DNA of 60,260 bases, counting the filler. It is 5 parts of 5 records of this genome, joined end to end, with 100 filler letters (N's around TTAATTAATTAA, not from the genome) between each part and the next. Parts side by side here need not be neighbours in the genome. Positions count along the whole stretch, not along the records: positions 1 to 12,113 come from DRR723986_14334; positions 12,214 to 18,229 come from DRR723986_14347; positions 18,330 to 45,199 come from DRR723986_14353; 2 more parts are not named here. One strand, written 5' to 3'. The translations under genes were made by a program, and so were the position numbers. Positions 9,658 to 20,972 of this stretch are shown in pieces. The first letter of the stretch is position 1. The number at the start of each line of letters is the position of its first letter. The notes under the pieces are model-generated. The model worked only from the letters and a program-made list of their open reading frames with translations, did no database searches and was not told the origin of the DNA.

Positions 9658-10211
9658 CATAGGGTTATCAGCTGATATTCACCTGGTTTCAGCTGCCCCA
9701 AATCCCAGGCGCCAATACTGGCGCGGATCAGGCGCAGCGTAGGGTGGCCCACAGCAGCGGTCATGCGGCGCACCTGGCGATTGCGCCCTTCGCGGAGGGT
9801 CAGCGCGATCCAGCTGTCTGGCACTGATTTGCGCACCCGAATGGGGGGCGTGCGGGGCCAAAGGCCCGCGGGCGCGTCGATCAGCGCCACCTCGGCGGAG
9901 CGGGTTGGGCCATCGTTTAACGTAACGCCTGCGCGCAATTGCGCCAAAGCGGCCTGATCGGGAATGCCCTCGACCTGCGCCCAATAGGTTTTTGCCATTT
10001 TGTGCCGCGGGTTGGCGATGCGCGCCTGCAGGCGGCCATCATCGGTAAGCAGCAACAGCCCCTCGCTGTCGCGGTCAAGCCGGCCTGCGGGGTAGACACC
10101 TTTGATGGGAATGTAATCTGACAAGGTGCGCCGCGGCCCGCCTTCGGTGCCCCGATCGGTGAATTGCGACAGCGTGTCGTAGGGTTTGTTGAACAAAATC
10201 AGGCGTGCCAT
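9657..10211 (-). CDS. rluE: rRNA pseudouridine synthase, RluE-like
   Basis: [19 protein letters not shown] and [10 protein letters not shown]. The real start is MARLILFNK at 10211; the ORF-track extension is spurious. Confidence 0.85.
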   Translation of the reverse strand: MARLILFNKPYDTLSQFTDRGTEGGPRRTLSDYIPIKGVYPAGRLDRDSEGLLLLTDDGRLQARIANPRHKMAKTYWAQVEGIPDQAALAQLRAGVTLNDGPTRSAEVALIDAPAGLWPRTPPIRVRKSVPDSWIALTLREGRNRQVRRMTAAVGHPTLRLIRASIGAWDLGQLKPGEYQLITL

Positions 10212-10301
10212 GGCGCAGCCATAGACCCAAGCAGGGTGGCTTGCCAAGGGCCGTAAAACTGCGTCATTGACCGCGCCTGTTTTTCGGGCATTGCTGGCGC
10301 C

Positions 10302-11201
10302 ATGGAACGTAAGGATCATATTGACGCCATTGGCGTTGTCTCGCTGGTGGGGTTTGCCACTGTTTTGGCCTTTAATCAGGTTGTGATCAAAGTGGGCAAC
10401 ACCGGGTTTCAGCCGGTTTTCATGGCGGGCATCCGGTCGTTTGGGGCGTTGTTTGTGCTGCTGGCATGGATGCGCTTTCGCGGCATTCCGTTGGATTTCT
10501 CGCGCCGCTATCGTGCCTCGGGGCTGTTGCTGGGCGCGTTGTTTGGGTTTGAATTTGTGTGCCTGTTCTGGGCGCTTGATCATACCACCGTGTCGCGCGC
10601 CTCGATCTTGTTTTACACAATGCCGATGATGCTGGCGGCTGTGGCGCATTTCGTTTTGCCCGCCGAGCGGCTGACGCTGCGCCGCGCCTTGGGGCTGGGC
10701 ATGGCCATGTGCGGCGTGGCTTTGGTGCTGTCGCGCCGCCAAATAGGCGAGGCCAGCGTGATGGGCGATATCGCCGCGCTGGCCGCAGCGGCCGGCTGGG
10801 CGGGCATTGCGCTGACGGTGCGGTTAACACCCGTATCCGAGCAAAAACCAGAAATGCAGCTGTTTTGGCAATTATCTGTATCAACCATCATGTTGCTGTG
10901 CGCGGCGCCCTTTTTCGGCCCCTTCCTGCGCGCGCCCGAGTTGGTGCATTTCGCCGCTTTGGCCTATCAAATCGTGGTGGTGGCCAGCGCGGGCTATTTG
11001 TTTTGGTTTTTCCTGATGGCGCGCTATCCGGCCTCGGGCGTGGCCAGTTTCAGCTTTTTATCGCCAGTTTTAAGCGTTTTTTTAGGCTGGATGGTGCTGG
11101 GCGAGCAGGTGGGCTGGCCCACGGTGGTGGCGCTGGTGATGGTGGCCATTGGGCTGGTGCTGATCAACCGCCGCACGCGGGCGGGCCGGGCCGCCCATTA
11201 G
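10302..11201 (+). CDS. DMT/EamA-family transporter
   Basis: About 10 TM helices in two EamA repeats (PAERLT, LGEQVG). Confidence 0.88.
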   Translation: MERKDHIDAIGVVSLVGFATVLAFNQVVIKVGNTGFQPVFMAGIRSFGALFVLLAWMRFRGIPLDFSRRYRASGLLLGALFGFEFVCLFWALDHTTVSRASILFYTMPMMLAAVAHFVLPAERLTLRRALGLGMAMCGVALVLSRRQIGEASVMGDIAALAAAAGWAGIALTVRLTPVSEQKPEMQLFWQLSVSTIMLLCAAPFFGPFLRAPELVHFAALAYQIVVVASAGYLFWFFLMARYPASGVASFSFLSPVLSVFLGWMVLGEQVGWPTVVALVMVAIGLVLINRRTRAGRAAH

Positions 11202-12113
11202 GCGCGGCGATGACCCTGCCATATCCAGCCGCCCCCCAAAATACGGGTGCCACCTGTTTCGTAGAAAACGCAAGCCTGCCCTGGGCTTACGCCCTCTTCC
11301 GGCGTCAGCAGCTCGACCTCGGCCTCGGTGGCGGAAAGCGGGCGCAAAATGGCCTCGCGCGGGGGGCGGGTTGAGCGCACTTTGACCGAGATATGCCGTT
11401 CGGCCATATCGGCAAAGCCGCCATCGCCCAACCAGTTGATCTGGTTAACCGGCACAATGCGCGTGGCCAGCATTTCTTTGGGCCCCACCACAACACGGCG
11501 CGCATCCACATCCAGTTTCACCACGTAAAGCGGCTCGGCCAGCCCACCAATACCCAGGCCTCGGCGTTGGCCAATTGTGTAATGGATCACCCCATTATGC
11601 TGGCCCAATACCCGGCCATCGGCATGCACAATGTCACCAGGCTCGGCCGCGCCGGGGCGCAGTTTTTCGATAACGCTGGCGTAATCGCCATTGGGCACAA
11701 AGCAGATATCCTGGCTGTCTGGCTTGTCGGCCACCGCCAACCCATAGCGCGCGGCCAAAGCCCGGGTTTCCGCCTTTGAGGCCAAATGCCCCAGCGGAAA
11801 GCGCAAGAACGCCAGCTGTTCAGGCGTGGTGGAGAACAGAAAATAGCTTTGGTCGCGGGCGGCATCGGTGGCGCAGTGCAATTCCGGGCCATTGGCGCCC
11901 ATTTTGCGCTGGATATAATGGCCCGTTGCCATGCAATCGGCATCCAGGTCGCGGGCGGTTTCCAGCAGGTCTTTGAACTTTACCCGTTCGTTGCAGCGAA
12001 TGCAGGGCACAGGCGTGGCGCCGGCCAGATAGCTATCGGCGAATTCGTCGATCACCGCATCTTTGAAGATATTTTCATAATCCAGCACGTAATGGGGAAA
12101 GCCCATTTCCTCG
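11198..12113 (-). CDS. mnmA: tRNA 2-thiouridylase MnmA (5'-truncated by contig end)
   Basis: [34 protein letters not shown] and SPGQACVFY. Confidence 0.95.
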
Positions 12114-12213
12114 NNNNNNNNNNNNNNNNNNNNNNNNNNNNNNNNNNNNNNNNNNNNTTAATTAATTAANNNNNNNNNNNNNNNNNNNNNNNNNNNNNNN
12201 NNNNNNNNNNNNN
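12114..12213. other. Artificial contig linker
   Basis: N run containing TTAATTAATTAA (stops in all frames); 100 nt. Confidence 0.97.
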
Positions 12214-12766
12214 GATGCGCAACTGGTCGATGGTGCGCACCGGATCAACCAGCAGCCAGAAATCGCTGTTTTTCAATATGCGCCGTGTCCAGGCCCGGCT
12301 GGAACGCGAAGCACTGGCACGCGGCGAAGAGCTGGACCGCCACCAGATGCGCCAGATGATCGCTATGGAAATTGGCGTGCCACTGGCCGATGTGGAAATG
12401 ATGGAAGGCCGCCTGTCGGGCAGCGATTTTTCCCTGAACGCCACCCAATCGTCGGAAGACGAGGGGCGCGAGTGGATCGACACGATCGAAGATGACAGCG
12501 TGCATGCCAGCGAGATCATCGAAACCGAGCATGACACAAAAACCCTGCGCACCTGGCTGGTCGAGGCATTGGGCGCCTTGAATGAACGCGAGCGGTTCAT
12601 CATCACCGAACGCAAGCTGCGCGACACCCCGCGCACATTGGAATCGCTGGGCGAGGAACTGGGCCTGTCAAAAGAACGCGTGCGCCAGCTAGAGGCAGCC
12701 GCGTTTCAGAAAATGCGCAAGCGGCTTGAAACCCGCTCGAAAGAGGTGCACGCCCTGCTGGCATGA
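12214..12766 (+). CDS. rpoH2: RNA polymerase sigma-32 family factor RpoH2 (5'-truncated)
   Basis: RpoH box WSMVRTGSTSSQKSLFFNMR and region 4 TLESLGEELGLSKERVRQLE. Confidence 0.88.
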
Positions 12767-13563
12767 AACATGTTCTGTTTTGCCTGATCATCCTGCTGGC
12801 CGCGCCCTTTGCCGCGGCGGCCAGCGCCCCAACACCCGCCGCGCGCAACGCAGCCGTTGTTTTGTTGGGCGAGGTGCATGACAACCCCGCCCATCACCAA
12901 ACACAGGCCGAATGGGCCGCAGCCCTGCGCCCGGCGGCGTTGGTCTTTGAAATGCTCACCCCAGAACAAGCCGCAGCTGCCACACCGGCCCTGCGCGGCG
13001 ATGCGGCCGCGCTGGAACAGGCGCTGGATTGGGCCAACAGCGGCTGGCCTGCGTTTTCGATGTATTTTCCCATTTTCACCGCGGCCCCGGCGGCAAAAAT
13101 CTATGGTGCCGCCGTGCCGCGCGCCCAGGCCCGTGCGGCCCTGATGCAAGGTGTCGCCCACAGTTTTGGGCCACAGGCCGCCGATTACGGGCTAACCCAG
13201 CCATTACCCCCCGACCAGCAGCAGCAGCGCGAAGCGATGCAGGCGCTATCGCATTGCAATGCTTTGCCCGCCGAAATGTTGCCCGGCATGGTAGATGTGC
13301 AGCGCCTGCGCGATGCAGCGCTTGCGCGCGCCGCTTTGCAGGCGTTGGATGATACCGCAGGGCCGGTGGTGGTGATCACCGGCAATGGCCATGCCCGCAG
13401 CGATTGGGGTGTGCCTGCCTATCTGGCGCGTCTGCGCCCCACTTTGGCGGTCTTTGCCCTTGGCCAATCCGAGGCTGGCCAGATCGATGGCCAGTTTGAT
13501 CTGGTGAGTGATGCCGCCCCCGTGCCGCGCGATGACCCATGCGCGGCGTTCGCAAAGGATTGA
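12763..13563 (+). CDS. ChaN-family (haem-uptake/Tiki-like) secreted protein
   Basis: Signal peptide, LLGEVHDNPAHH, LVFEML, QRLRDAALA and ITGNGHAR. Confidence 0.8.
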   Translation: MKHVLFCLIILLAAPFAAAASAPTPAARNAAVVLLGEVHDNPAHHQTQAEWAAALRPAALVFEMLTPEQAAAATPALRGDAAALEQALDWANSGWPAFSMYFPIFTAAPAAKIYGAAVPRAQARAALMQGVAHSFGPQAADYGLTQPLPPDQQQQREAMQALSHCNALPAEMLPGMVDVQRLRDAALARAALQALDDTAGPVVVITGNGHARSDWGVPAYLARLRPTLAVFALGQSEAGQIDGQFDLVSDAAPVPRDDPCAAFAKD

Positions 13564-13616
13564 GTTTGCCCGCCCACCCCCGTAACACTGGGCACGGGTC
13601 AACCGCAGGAGGCGCT

Positions 13617-14813
13617 ATGCTGGCTGGCAAACGCATATTACTGATCATCTGCGGCGGGATCGCAGCCTATAAAACGCTGGATCTGATCCGCCGCCTGCGC
13701 GCCGATGGCGCCAGCGTGAGCCCCGTGATGACCGCTGCCGCCGCAGAATTTGTCACGCCCCTGTCGGTATCGGCCCTGGCGGGCGAGGCAGTGCACAGCA
13801 CCCTGTTTGATCTAACGGCCGAGGCGCAGATGGGCCATATCCAGCTGTCACGCATCGCCGATCTGGTTGTGGTGGCACCGGCCACCGCTGATATGATGGC
13901 GAAAATGGCTGGTGGGCATGCCGATGATCTGGCCTCGACGCTGTTGATGGCCACAGATACGCCCGTGCTGCTGGCGCCCGCCATGAATGTGCGCATGTGG
14001 CACCACCCCGCCACCCAGCGCAACCTGGCACAGCTGCAGGCCGATGGCATTGCCCTGGTTGGCCCGGATAGCGGCGATATGGCCTGTGGCGAATACGGGC
14101 CCGGCCGCATGGCCGAACCTGCCGATATTCACGCAGCCATACGCCGGCACCTGGCCGCAGGCCCGCTGGCGGGGCGGCGCATTATTGTCACCTCGGGGCC
14201 CACGCAAGAGCCCATCGATCCGGTGCGCTATATCTCGAACCGCTCATCCGGGGCGCAGGGCACAGCCATTGCGCAGGCCCTGCAGGCGCTGGGGGCGCAT
14301 GTGGTCTTTGTGACCGGCCCTGCCGATGTTGCGCCCCCCCAAGGGGTAGAGCTGCAGCAGATTGAAACCGCCCAAGAAATGCTGCAGGCCGTCACCGCGG
14401 CGCTGCCCGCCGATGCTGTGGTCTGCGCCGCAGCCGTGGCCGATTGGCGCGTGGCCAATGCCCCCGAAAGCAAGATGAAAAAGCAACAAGGCCGCCTGCC
14501 GGTGCTGGAATTTGCCGAAAACCCCGATATTTTGGCCACGATCAGCGCCCCTGGCCCGCAGCGCCCGGCACTGGTGGTGGGCTTTGCCGCCGAAACCGAT
14601 GATGTGCTGGCCAATGCCCAGGCCAAACGCGCGCGCAAGGGCTGTGATTGGATCGTGGCCAACGATGTCTCGCCCGCCACAGGCACCTTTGGCGGGGCCG
14701 AAAACACGGTGCATCTGGTCAGCGAAACCGGGGTCGAAGATTGGCCAAAAATGGCCAAAACCGCCGTGGCGCAGCGTTTGGCCCAGCGCATCGCAGATAG
14801 ATTAACCAGCTAA
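13617..14813 (+). CDS. coaBC: Bifunctional phosphopantothenoylcysteine decarboxylase/synthase
   Basis: [35 protein letters not shown] and GFAAET; SD AGGAGG before ATG 13617. Confidence 0.96.
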   Translation: MLAGKRILLIICGGIAAYKTLDLIRRLRADGASVSPVMTAAAAEFVTPLSVSALAGEAVHSTLFDLTAEAQMGHIQLSRIADLVVVAPATADMMAKMAGGHADDLASTLLMATDTPVLLAPAMNVRMWHHPATQRNLAQLQADGIALVGPDSGDMACGEYGPGRMAEPADIHAAIRRHLAAGPLAGRRIIVTSGPTQEPIDPVRYISNRSSGAQGTAIAQALQALGAHVVFVTGPADVAPPQGVELQQIETAQEMLQAVTAALPADAVVCAAAVADWRVANAPESKMKKQQGRLPVLEFAENPDILATISAPGPQRPALVVGFAAETDDVLANAQAKRARKGCDWIVANDVSPATGTFGGAENTVHLVSETGVEDWPKMAKTAVAQRLAQRIADRLTS

Positions 14814-14850
14814 AGCCGCGGCGCTGCGTGCAAAAACAAAAGGTTCGCCA

Positions 14851-15327
14851 ATGACATCCGCCCCCCTGACCGTGCAATGTATGTGGGATGATCAGGCCGA
14901 TCAGGCCCTGGGCTTGCCCCACTATGCCACAGCGGGGGCTGCTGGCGCCGATCTGCGCGCCAATTTTCCCCCTGAACTGCGGGCCGGTGGCGTGGTGGTG
15001 CAGCCGGGCGGCCGGGCGCTGGTGCCAACGGGGCTGCGGCTGGCCATTCCGGCAGGTTTCGAGGTGCAAATTCGCCCGCGCTCGGGCTTGGCGCTTAAGC
15101 ATGGGATCACCCTGCCCAACAGCCCCGGCACGATCGACAGCGATTACCGCGGGCCTTTGGGGGTGATCTTGATGAATGCAGGCGATACCCCCTTTGCTGT
15201 GCGCCATGGCGAACGTATCGCGCAAATGGTGCTGGCCCCGGTGGTGCACGCACAGTTTGATCTGGTGGCGCAGCTGCCCGAAACCGGCCGCGGCAGCGGT
15301 GGCTTTGGCAGCACGGGGCGCAACTGA
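14851..15327 (+). CDS. dut: dUTP diphosphatase
   Basis: [21 protein letters not shown] and [10 protein letters not shown]. Confidence 0.97.
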   Translation: MTSAPLTVQCMWDDQADQALGLPHYATAGAAGADLRANFPPELRAGGVVVQPGGRALVPTGLRLAIPAGFEVQIRPRSGLALKHGITLPNSPGTIDSDYRGPLGVILMNAGDTPFAVRHGERIAQMVLAPVVHAQFDLVAQLPETGRGSGGFGSTGRN

Positions 15328-16385
15328 TGGCGCTGGTGTTTGCAATTGCCGCAGCCCTTTGGGCAATCGGCTGGGCGATGAAGGCACCGGCAAGGTTGCG
15401 CTGGGCCATGATCGGGCTTTTGTGGCTGGCGGTGGTGCTGGCGCAGATCACACTGCCCCCCACCCAGCCGCTGCGGCTGGCCACGGGCGGCAGTGCCGCA
15501 CCCTGGCTGCTGCTGGGGGGCGCGGCCGCGCTGGTGGCGCTATATCGGCAGGCTTTGGCATGGCTGCGCACCCGCGCCCCGGAAGATAGCACACCACCGC
15601 CCACCGCCCGCGCCTTCAGCGATACCGAATTGTCGCGCTATGCCCGCCACATCATGCTGCGCGAATTGGGCGGGCCTGGTCAGCGCAAGCTGAAAGAGGC
15701 CCGTGTTTTGGTCATTGGCGCCGGGGGCTTGGGCAGCCCGGCCTTGATGTATCTGGCCGCAGCCGGGGTGGGGCAGATTGGCATTGTCGATGATGATGTT
15801 GTTGATGGCTCGAACCTGCAACGCCAGGTGATCCACACCGATACCCGCATCGGCATGCCCAAGGTCTTTTCCGCCGAGGCGCAGCTGCGCGCGTTAAACC
15901 CATTTGTTGATCTGCGCCCCTATCACCGCCGCTTGGGCCCCGATGACGCGCCCGCGCTTTTTGCCGAGTATGATATCATCTTGGATGGCAGCGATAATTT
16001 CGACACGCGCTATCTGGCCAACAGCGTGGCGCATCAGCTGGGCAAGCCCCTGGTTTCTGGCGCGCTGACGCAATGGGAGGGCCAGCTAAGCGTGATCGAC
16101 ACCGCCCATGGCACGCCCTGCTACCAATGCACATTCCCAGAACGCCCCGCGCCCGGGCTGGTGCCCAGCTGTGCCGAGGCAGGCGTTTTTGGCCCACTGC
16201 CCGGCATTATCGGCACCATGATGGCAGCCGAGGCGGCAAAGGTGATCACCGGCGCAGGCGCGCCCCTGCGCGGCACTATGGTGATTTATGATGCGCTTTA
16301 CGCCGAGCAGCGCCGCATCACCCTGAAAAAACGCCCCGATTGCCCCGTTTGTGGCCAAACCACCCCCGAACCAAAGGAAAGCTAA
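15327..16385 (+). CDS. moeB: HesA/MoeB/ThiF E1-like adenylyltransferase with N-terminal membrane domain
   Basis: RYARH, GAGGLG, SNLQRQ, CYQC and CPVC; the first ~80 aa are hydrophobic. Confidence 0.8.
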   Translation: MALVFAIAAALWAIGWAMKAPARLRWAMIGLLWLAVVLAQITLPPTQPLRLATGGSAAPWLLLGGAAALVALYRQALAWLRTRAPEDSTPPPTARAFSDTELSRYARHIMLRELGGPGQRKLKEARVLVIGAGGLGSPALMYLAAAGVGQIGIVDDDVVDGSNLQRQVIHTDTRIGMPKVFSAEAQLRALNPFVDLRPYHRRLGPDDAPALFAEYDIILDGSDNFDTRYLANSVAHQLGKPLVSGALTQWEGQLSVIDTAHGTPCYQCTFPERPAPGLVPSCAEAGVFGPLPGIIGTMMAAEAAKVITGAGAPLRGTMVIYDALYAEQRRITLKKRPDCPVCGQTTPEPKES

Positions 16386-18229
16386 ATGGAAAATCCGCTG
16401 CTGCAGCCATGGGATACCCCGTTTGGCATTGCGCCCTTTGCACAGATCACCGATGCCCATTACGCCCCCGCCCTAGAGGTGGCGCTGGCGCAGCACCTGG
16501 CCGAGATCGACGCCATCACCGCCTGCCCCGATGCGCCCAGCTTTGACAACACGATCAAACCGCTCGAGGCGGCGGGCCAGCTGCTGGATCGCGTGTTGGG
16601 CGCGTTCTACACCGTGGCGGGCGCCCACAGCAGCCCCGAACGCCAGGCACTGCAGCGGCAATTTTCGCCAAAACTGGCCGCGCATTCCGCCGCCATCACC
16701 AGCAATGCGGCCCTCTTTCAGCGGATCGAGGCACTTTGGCAGGCCCACGAGGCAGAAAACCTGGGCCCCGAAGAGGCACGCGTTTTGATGCTGACCTATC
16801 GCAGCTTTGTGCGCGCGGGCGCCGCGCTGCAGGGTGCCCAGGCAGAACGCATGACCGAGATAAAATCGCGTTTGGCGGTTTTGGGCACCGAATTTACCCA
16901 AAACCTGCTGGCCGACGAAGGCGCGTGGCATATGGCTGTGCCAGAAAAAGACCTGCAAGATCTGCCACAGTTTCTGGTGGATGCAGCGCGCACTGCGGGG
17001 GCGGAATTGGGGCTGGACCAGGCGGTGATTACCACCTCGCGCTCGCTGGCCACGCCGTTTTTGCAAGCCAGCCCAAACCGGGCGCTGCGCGAAAAACTGT
17101 GGCGCGCCTTTACTGCGCGCGGCGCAAATGGCGGCACAACCGACAACCGCGCCATCGCAGCAGAAATTCTGGCCCTGCGCAAAGAGCGCGCCACGCTTTT
17201 GGGTTATGACAGCTTTGCCGATTACAAGCTGGAAACCGAAATGGCCAAAACCCCGCAAGCGGTGCGCGATTTGCTGATGGCCGTCTGGGCGCCCGCCCGC
17301 GCGCAGGCCCTAGAAGACGCAAACGAACTGGAAGCGATGTTGCTGGCCGATGGGCAAAGCGGCCCGCTAGAGCCATGGGACTGGCATTATTACAGCGCCA
17401 AACGCCGCCAGGCGCTGCATAATCTGGATGAGGCAGCGCTAAAGCCCTATCTGCAACTTGAGCGCATGATCGAGGCCGCCTTTGCCTGTGCCAACCGCCT
17501 GTTTGGCCTGCAATTCCAGCCGCTGGATGTGCCTCTTTATCACCCCGATTGCCGGGCCTGGCAGGTGACACGCGATGGCCAGCATGTGGCGGTTTTCATC
17601 GGCGATTATTTTGCGCGCGCCTCGAAACGATCGGGGGCGTGGTGCTCGGCCATGCGCATGCAGGCGCGCCACCCCAATGTGCAAACGCCTATCGTGCTGA
17701 ATGTGTGCAATTTTGCCAAGGCCAGCCCAAGCCTGCTGTCTTATGATGATGCGCGCACGCTGTTTCACGAATTCGGCCATGCGCTGCATCAGATGCTTTC
17801 CGATGTCACCTATGGCTCGGTCGCGGGCACATCGGTTGCGCGCGATTTCGTGGAATTGCCCAGCCAGCTGTTTGAACATTGGCTAGAGGTGCCGCAGGTG
17901 CTGGCCGAATTTGCAACCCATGTCGAAACCGGCGCCCCGATGCCTGCCCAGATGCTGGAAACGGTGCTGAGGGCTGCAAATTTCGATCAAGGGTTTCAAA
18001 CCGTGGAATTTGTGGCCTCGGCGCTGGTGGATCTGGAATTTCACCTGGGCACCCCGCCCGCAGACCCGATGCAGAAACAAGCCGAAGTGCTGGAACAGAT
18101 CGGCATGCCACGCCAGATCGCCATGCGCCACGCAACGCCGCATTTCGCCCATGTCTTTGCCGGCGATGGCTATTCAGCGGGCTATTACAGCTATATGTGG
18201 TCCGAGGTGATGGACGCCGATGCCTTTGA
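16386..18229 (+). CDS. dcp: M3-family peptidyl-dipeptidase Dcp (3'-truncated)
   Basis: HEFGHALH zinc motif, DFVELPSQ and YSAGYYSYMWSEV. Confidence 0.92.
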
Positions 18230-18329
18230 NNNNNNNNNNNNNNNNNNNNNNNNNNNNNNNNNNNNNNNNNNNNTTAATTAATTAANNNNNNNNNNNNNNN
18301 NNNNNNNNNNNNNNNNNNNNNNNNNNNNN
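18230..18329. other. Artificial contig linker
   Basis: N run containing TTAATTAATTAA. Confidence 0.97.
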
Positions 18330-18546
18330 AACGACGACCCGCGTGCTCGCCTCGCTCACCCCGCGTGAGGAACGTGTGCTGCGCATGCGTTTCGGCATCG
18401 GCATGAACACCGATCACACGCTGGAAGAAGTCGGCCAGCAGTTCAGCGTGACGCGCGAACGTATCCGCCAGATCGAAGCCAAGGCGCTCCGCAAGCTGAA
18501 GCACCCAAGCCGCAGCCGCAAACTGCGCAGCTTCCTGGATACATAA
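18330..18546 (+). CDS. rpoD: Sigma-70 RpoD, C-terminal fragment
   Basis: [35 protein letters not shown]. Confidence 0.95.
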
Positions 18547-18566
18547 GCGATCCGGACAATGAACCA

Positions 18567-18598
18567 AAAGGGCGGCCCGAGGGCCGCCCTTTCTTTTT
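18567..18598 (+). terminator. Intrinsic terminator (probably bidirectional) after rpoD
   Basis: AAAGGGCGGCCC-GA-GGGCCGCCCTTT followed by CTTTTT. Confidence 0.85.
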
Positions 18599-18612
18599 GT
18601 GTTCCGATCTGT

Positions 18613-19899
18613 TTAGCCCGCCGCCTTCAGCGCCTGGTCGAGATCTGCGATCAGGTCGTCGGCGTCTTCGATGCCGATGGAGAGGCGGACCGTGTCTGGC
18701 GAGGCGCCGGCGGCGATCTGCTGTTCTTCCGTCAGCTGACGGTGCGTCGTCGAGGCCGGGTGGATGACCAGCGAGCGCGCATCGCCGAGGTTGGCAACAT
18801 GGCTGAAGAGGTTCAGGCCAGCCACGAATTTGGTGCAGGCCGTGTAGCCACCTTTCAGTTGCACGGTGAAGAGTGCCCCGGCGCCTTTCGGGCAGATTTT
18901 CGGGATGCGGTCCTTGTAGGGCGAGCTGTCGAGCCCGGCATAGGTCACGCCTGCGACAGCCTCATGGCCTTCCAGCCAGGCGGCGATCTTCTTCGCGTTG
19001 GCGATGTGCTTCTCCATGCGCAGCGACAGGGTCTCGATGCCCATCAGCGTATAGTGCGCGCCTTGCGGGTTCATCGTCATGCCAAGATCGCGGAGGCCAA
19101 TGGCGATGCCATGGAAGGTGAAGGCGGCCGGGCCGAAGGTCTCGTGGAAAGTGAGGCCATGATAGGCCGGTTCCGGCTGGGAGAGGGATGGGAACTTGTC
19201 GCTGGCCGACCAGTCGAACTTGCCGGAATCGACCACCACGCCGCCAGTAACCGTGCCATTGCCGGTCATGTATTTCGTCAGAGAGTGGACGACCAGTGTC
19301 GCCCCATGGTCGATCGGGCGGCAGAGGTAAGGCGTGGCCGTCGTATTGTCGACGATCAGCGGGATGCCGGCTTCGCCCGCAATCGCGGCGACGGCGTCGA
19401 GATCGGTGATGTAACCGCCAGGGTTCGCGATGGTCTCGCAGAAGATGGCGCGCGTGTCGTCATCGATCGCGGCTTTCACGGCGGCGAGGTCGTCGAAGTC
19501 GACAAAGGTGCACGACCAGCCGAAACGTTTGAAGGTCTGGCTGAACTGGGTGATCGTGCCGCCATAGAGGCGCGTCGAGGCAACGATGTTGCGGCCTGGC
19601 GCCATCAGCGGGAAGAGGGCCATGATCTGTGCCGCATGGCCGGACGAGCAGCAGACGGCGCCTGCGCCGCCTTCCAGCGCCGCGATGCGGTTCTGGAGCG
19701 CCCCGATGGTCGGGTTGGTCAGGCGGGAATAGATGTAGCCGACTTCCTGCAGGCCGAAGAGGGCGGCGGCATGGTCAGCGTCGCGGAAGACATAAGCGGT
19801 GGTCTGATAGATCGGCACCTGGCGTGCGCCGGTGGCCGGATCGGCCTCGGTGCCTGCGTGAATGGCCAGCGTGTCAAAGCCCTGCGGTGAGTCGGTCAT
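18613..19899 (-). CDS. metY: O-acetylhomoserine aminocarboxypropyltransferase/sulfhydrylase
   Basis: YSRLTNPT, PLP site HSLTKY, ANLGDARSLVIHPASTTH and RLSIGIE. Confidence 0.9.
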   Translation of the reverse strand: MTDSPQGFDTLAIHAGTEADPATGARQVPIYQTTAYVFRDADHAAALFGLQEVGYIYSRLTNPTIGALQNRIAALEGGAGAVCCSSGHAAQIMALFPLMAPGRNIVASTRLYGGTITQFSQTFKRFGWSCTFVDFDDLAAVKAAIDDDTRAIFCETIANPGGYITDLDAVAAIAGEAGIPLIVDNTTATPYLCRPIDHGATLVVHSLTKYMTGNGTVTGGVVVDSGKFDWSASDKFPSLSQPEPAYHGLTFHETFGPAAFTFHGIAIGLRDLGMTMNPQGAHYTLMGIETLSLRMEKHIANAKKIAAWLEGHEAVAGVTYAGLDSSPYKDRIPKICPKGAGALFTVQLKGGYTACTKFVAGLNLFSHVANLGDARSLVIHPASTTHRQLTEEQQIAAGASPDTVRLSIGIEDADDLIADLDQALKAAG

Positions 19900-20012
19900 G
19901 TCATTTCCTCGCTTCGTGTTCCTGCGTTTTCCCTGCCGTCTTTAGGGGAGCGGCAGGGGCGCAGCAATGAGGAAATCTGACGAGTTCGCTGCAGGCTTAC
20001 TTATACGAGCGC

Positions 20013-20864
20013 TTACTGGCTGAACGTGTCGCAGGCCGCTGGATCGCCGGTGGAGAGACCCCGCCGCAGCCATTCGACACGCTGGTCAGCTGTGCCATGG
20101 GTGAAGGCTTCCGGCGTCACCTTGCCGGTCTTGCGCTTCTGGATCATGTCGTCGCCGATGGCCTGGGCCGTGCGCAGGCCTTCCTCGACATCGCCGGGTT
20201 CCAGCGCAACCGCGCCGCCGGAGACTTCCGCCGCATGGGCAGCCCACACACCGGCATAGCAGTCCGCCTGCAGTTCCAGCGCGATGGACCAGGCATTGGC
20301 TTCTTCCTGGCTCCCGGCGGCCTGTTGGGCCTGGCGGACCTTGTCGCTGGTCCCGGTCAGCTTCTGAACATGATGACCGAATTCATGTGCGATGACATAG
20401 GCCTTGGCGAAGTCCGCTCCGGACGCCCCAAGCTGGGTCTGCATGTCCTGCCAGAAGCCAAGGTCCAGATAGACGGTCTGGTCGGCAGGGCAGTAGAATG
20501 GCCCCATCGCGGCCTGGCCATAGCCGCAGCCCGTGCCGGTGCCCTGTTCGTAAAGCACGACCGTTGGTTCGCGATAGCCGCGCAGCGCCTGGCTCCACAC
20601 ATCATTGATGTTGGCGCCGATGATGTCGACGAACTGGCCGGCTTCATCTTCCGGCGTGCCGCGGACGCCTTCCTGCGTGCTGGCGGAGCTGCCGGCCGGC
20701 TGTTCGCTCACGACTTTAGCGATCTCGTCTGGTTCCATGCCGAGCACGAAATAGCCGATCAGGGCGATGATGATGACGCCGATCCCGCCGCCTGCCACCT
20801 TGCCGGGGCCCATGCCGCGCCGGTCTTCAATGTTGCCGCCCTTGCGTCCACCTTGCCAGCGCAT
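20013..20864 (-). CDS. Neutral zinc metallopeptidase, YpfJ family
   Basis: MRWQG..NIEDRRG, GPFYCPAD, AHEFGHHVQ, ELQADC and FTHGT. Confidence 0.9.
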   Translation of the reverse strand: MRWQGGRKGGNIEDRRGMGPGKVAGGGIGVIIIALIGYFVLGMEPDEIAKVVSEQPAGSSASTQEGVRGTPEDEAGQFVDIIGANINDVWSQALRGYREPTVVLYEQGTGTGCGYGQAAMGPFYCPADQTVYLDLGFWQDMQTQLGASGADFAKAYVIAHEFGHHVQKLTGTSDKVRQAQQAAGSQEEANAWSIALELQADCYAGVWAAHAAEVSGGAVALEPGDVEEGLRTAQAIGDDMIQKRKTGKVTPEAFTHGTADQRVEWLRRGLSTGDPAACDTFSQ

Positions 20865-20972
20865 CCGCCATCTCCTGAAATCCACCGGGCCCCACGCCCG
20901 GCCATTGCCGCCATCCTAACATCCATGCGAGGACGAGACAGTCCCTTTGGCCAGCTTATCCCGCGCGACCGC

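Noticed and set aside
18559-19890. 443-aa plus-strand ORF
   Set aside because: Antisense shadow of metY caused by high-GC codon bias; no recognisable motifs.
20097-20972. N-terminal extension making YjbQ a 433-aa fusion
   Set aside because: The extension is the antisense of ypfJ. The real yjbQ starts at 20973.
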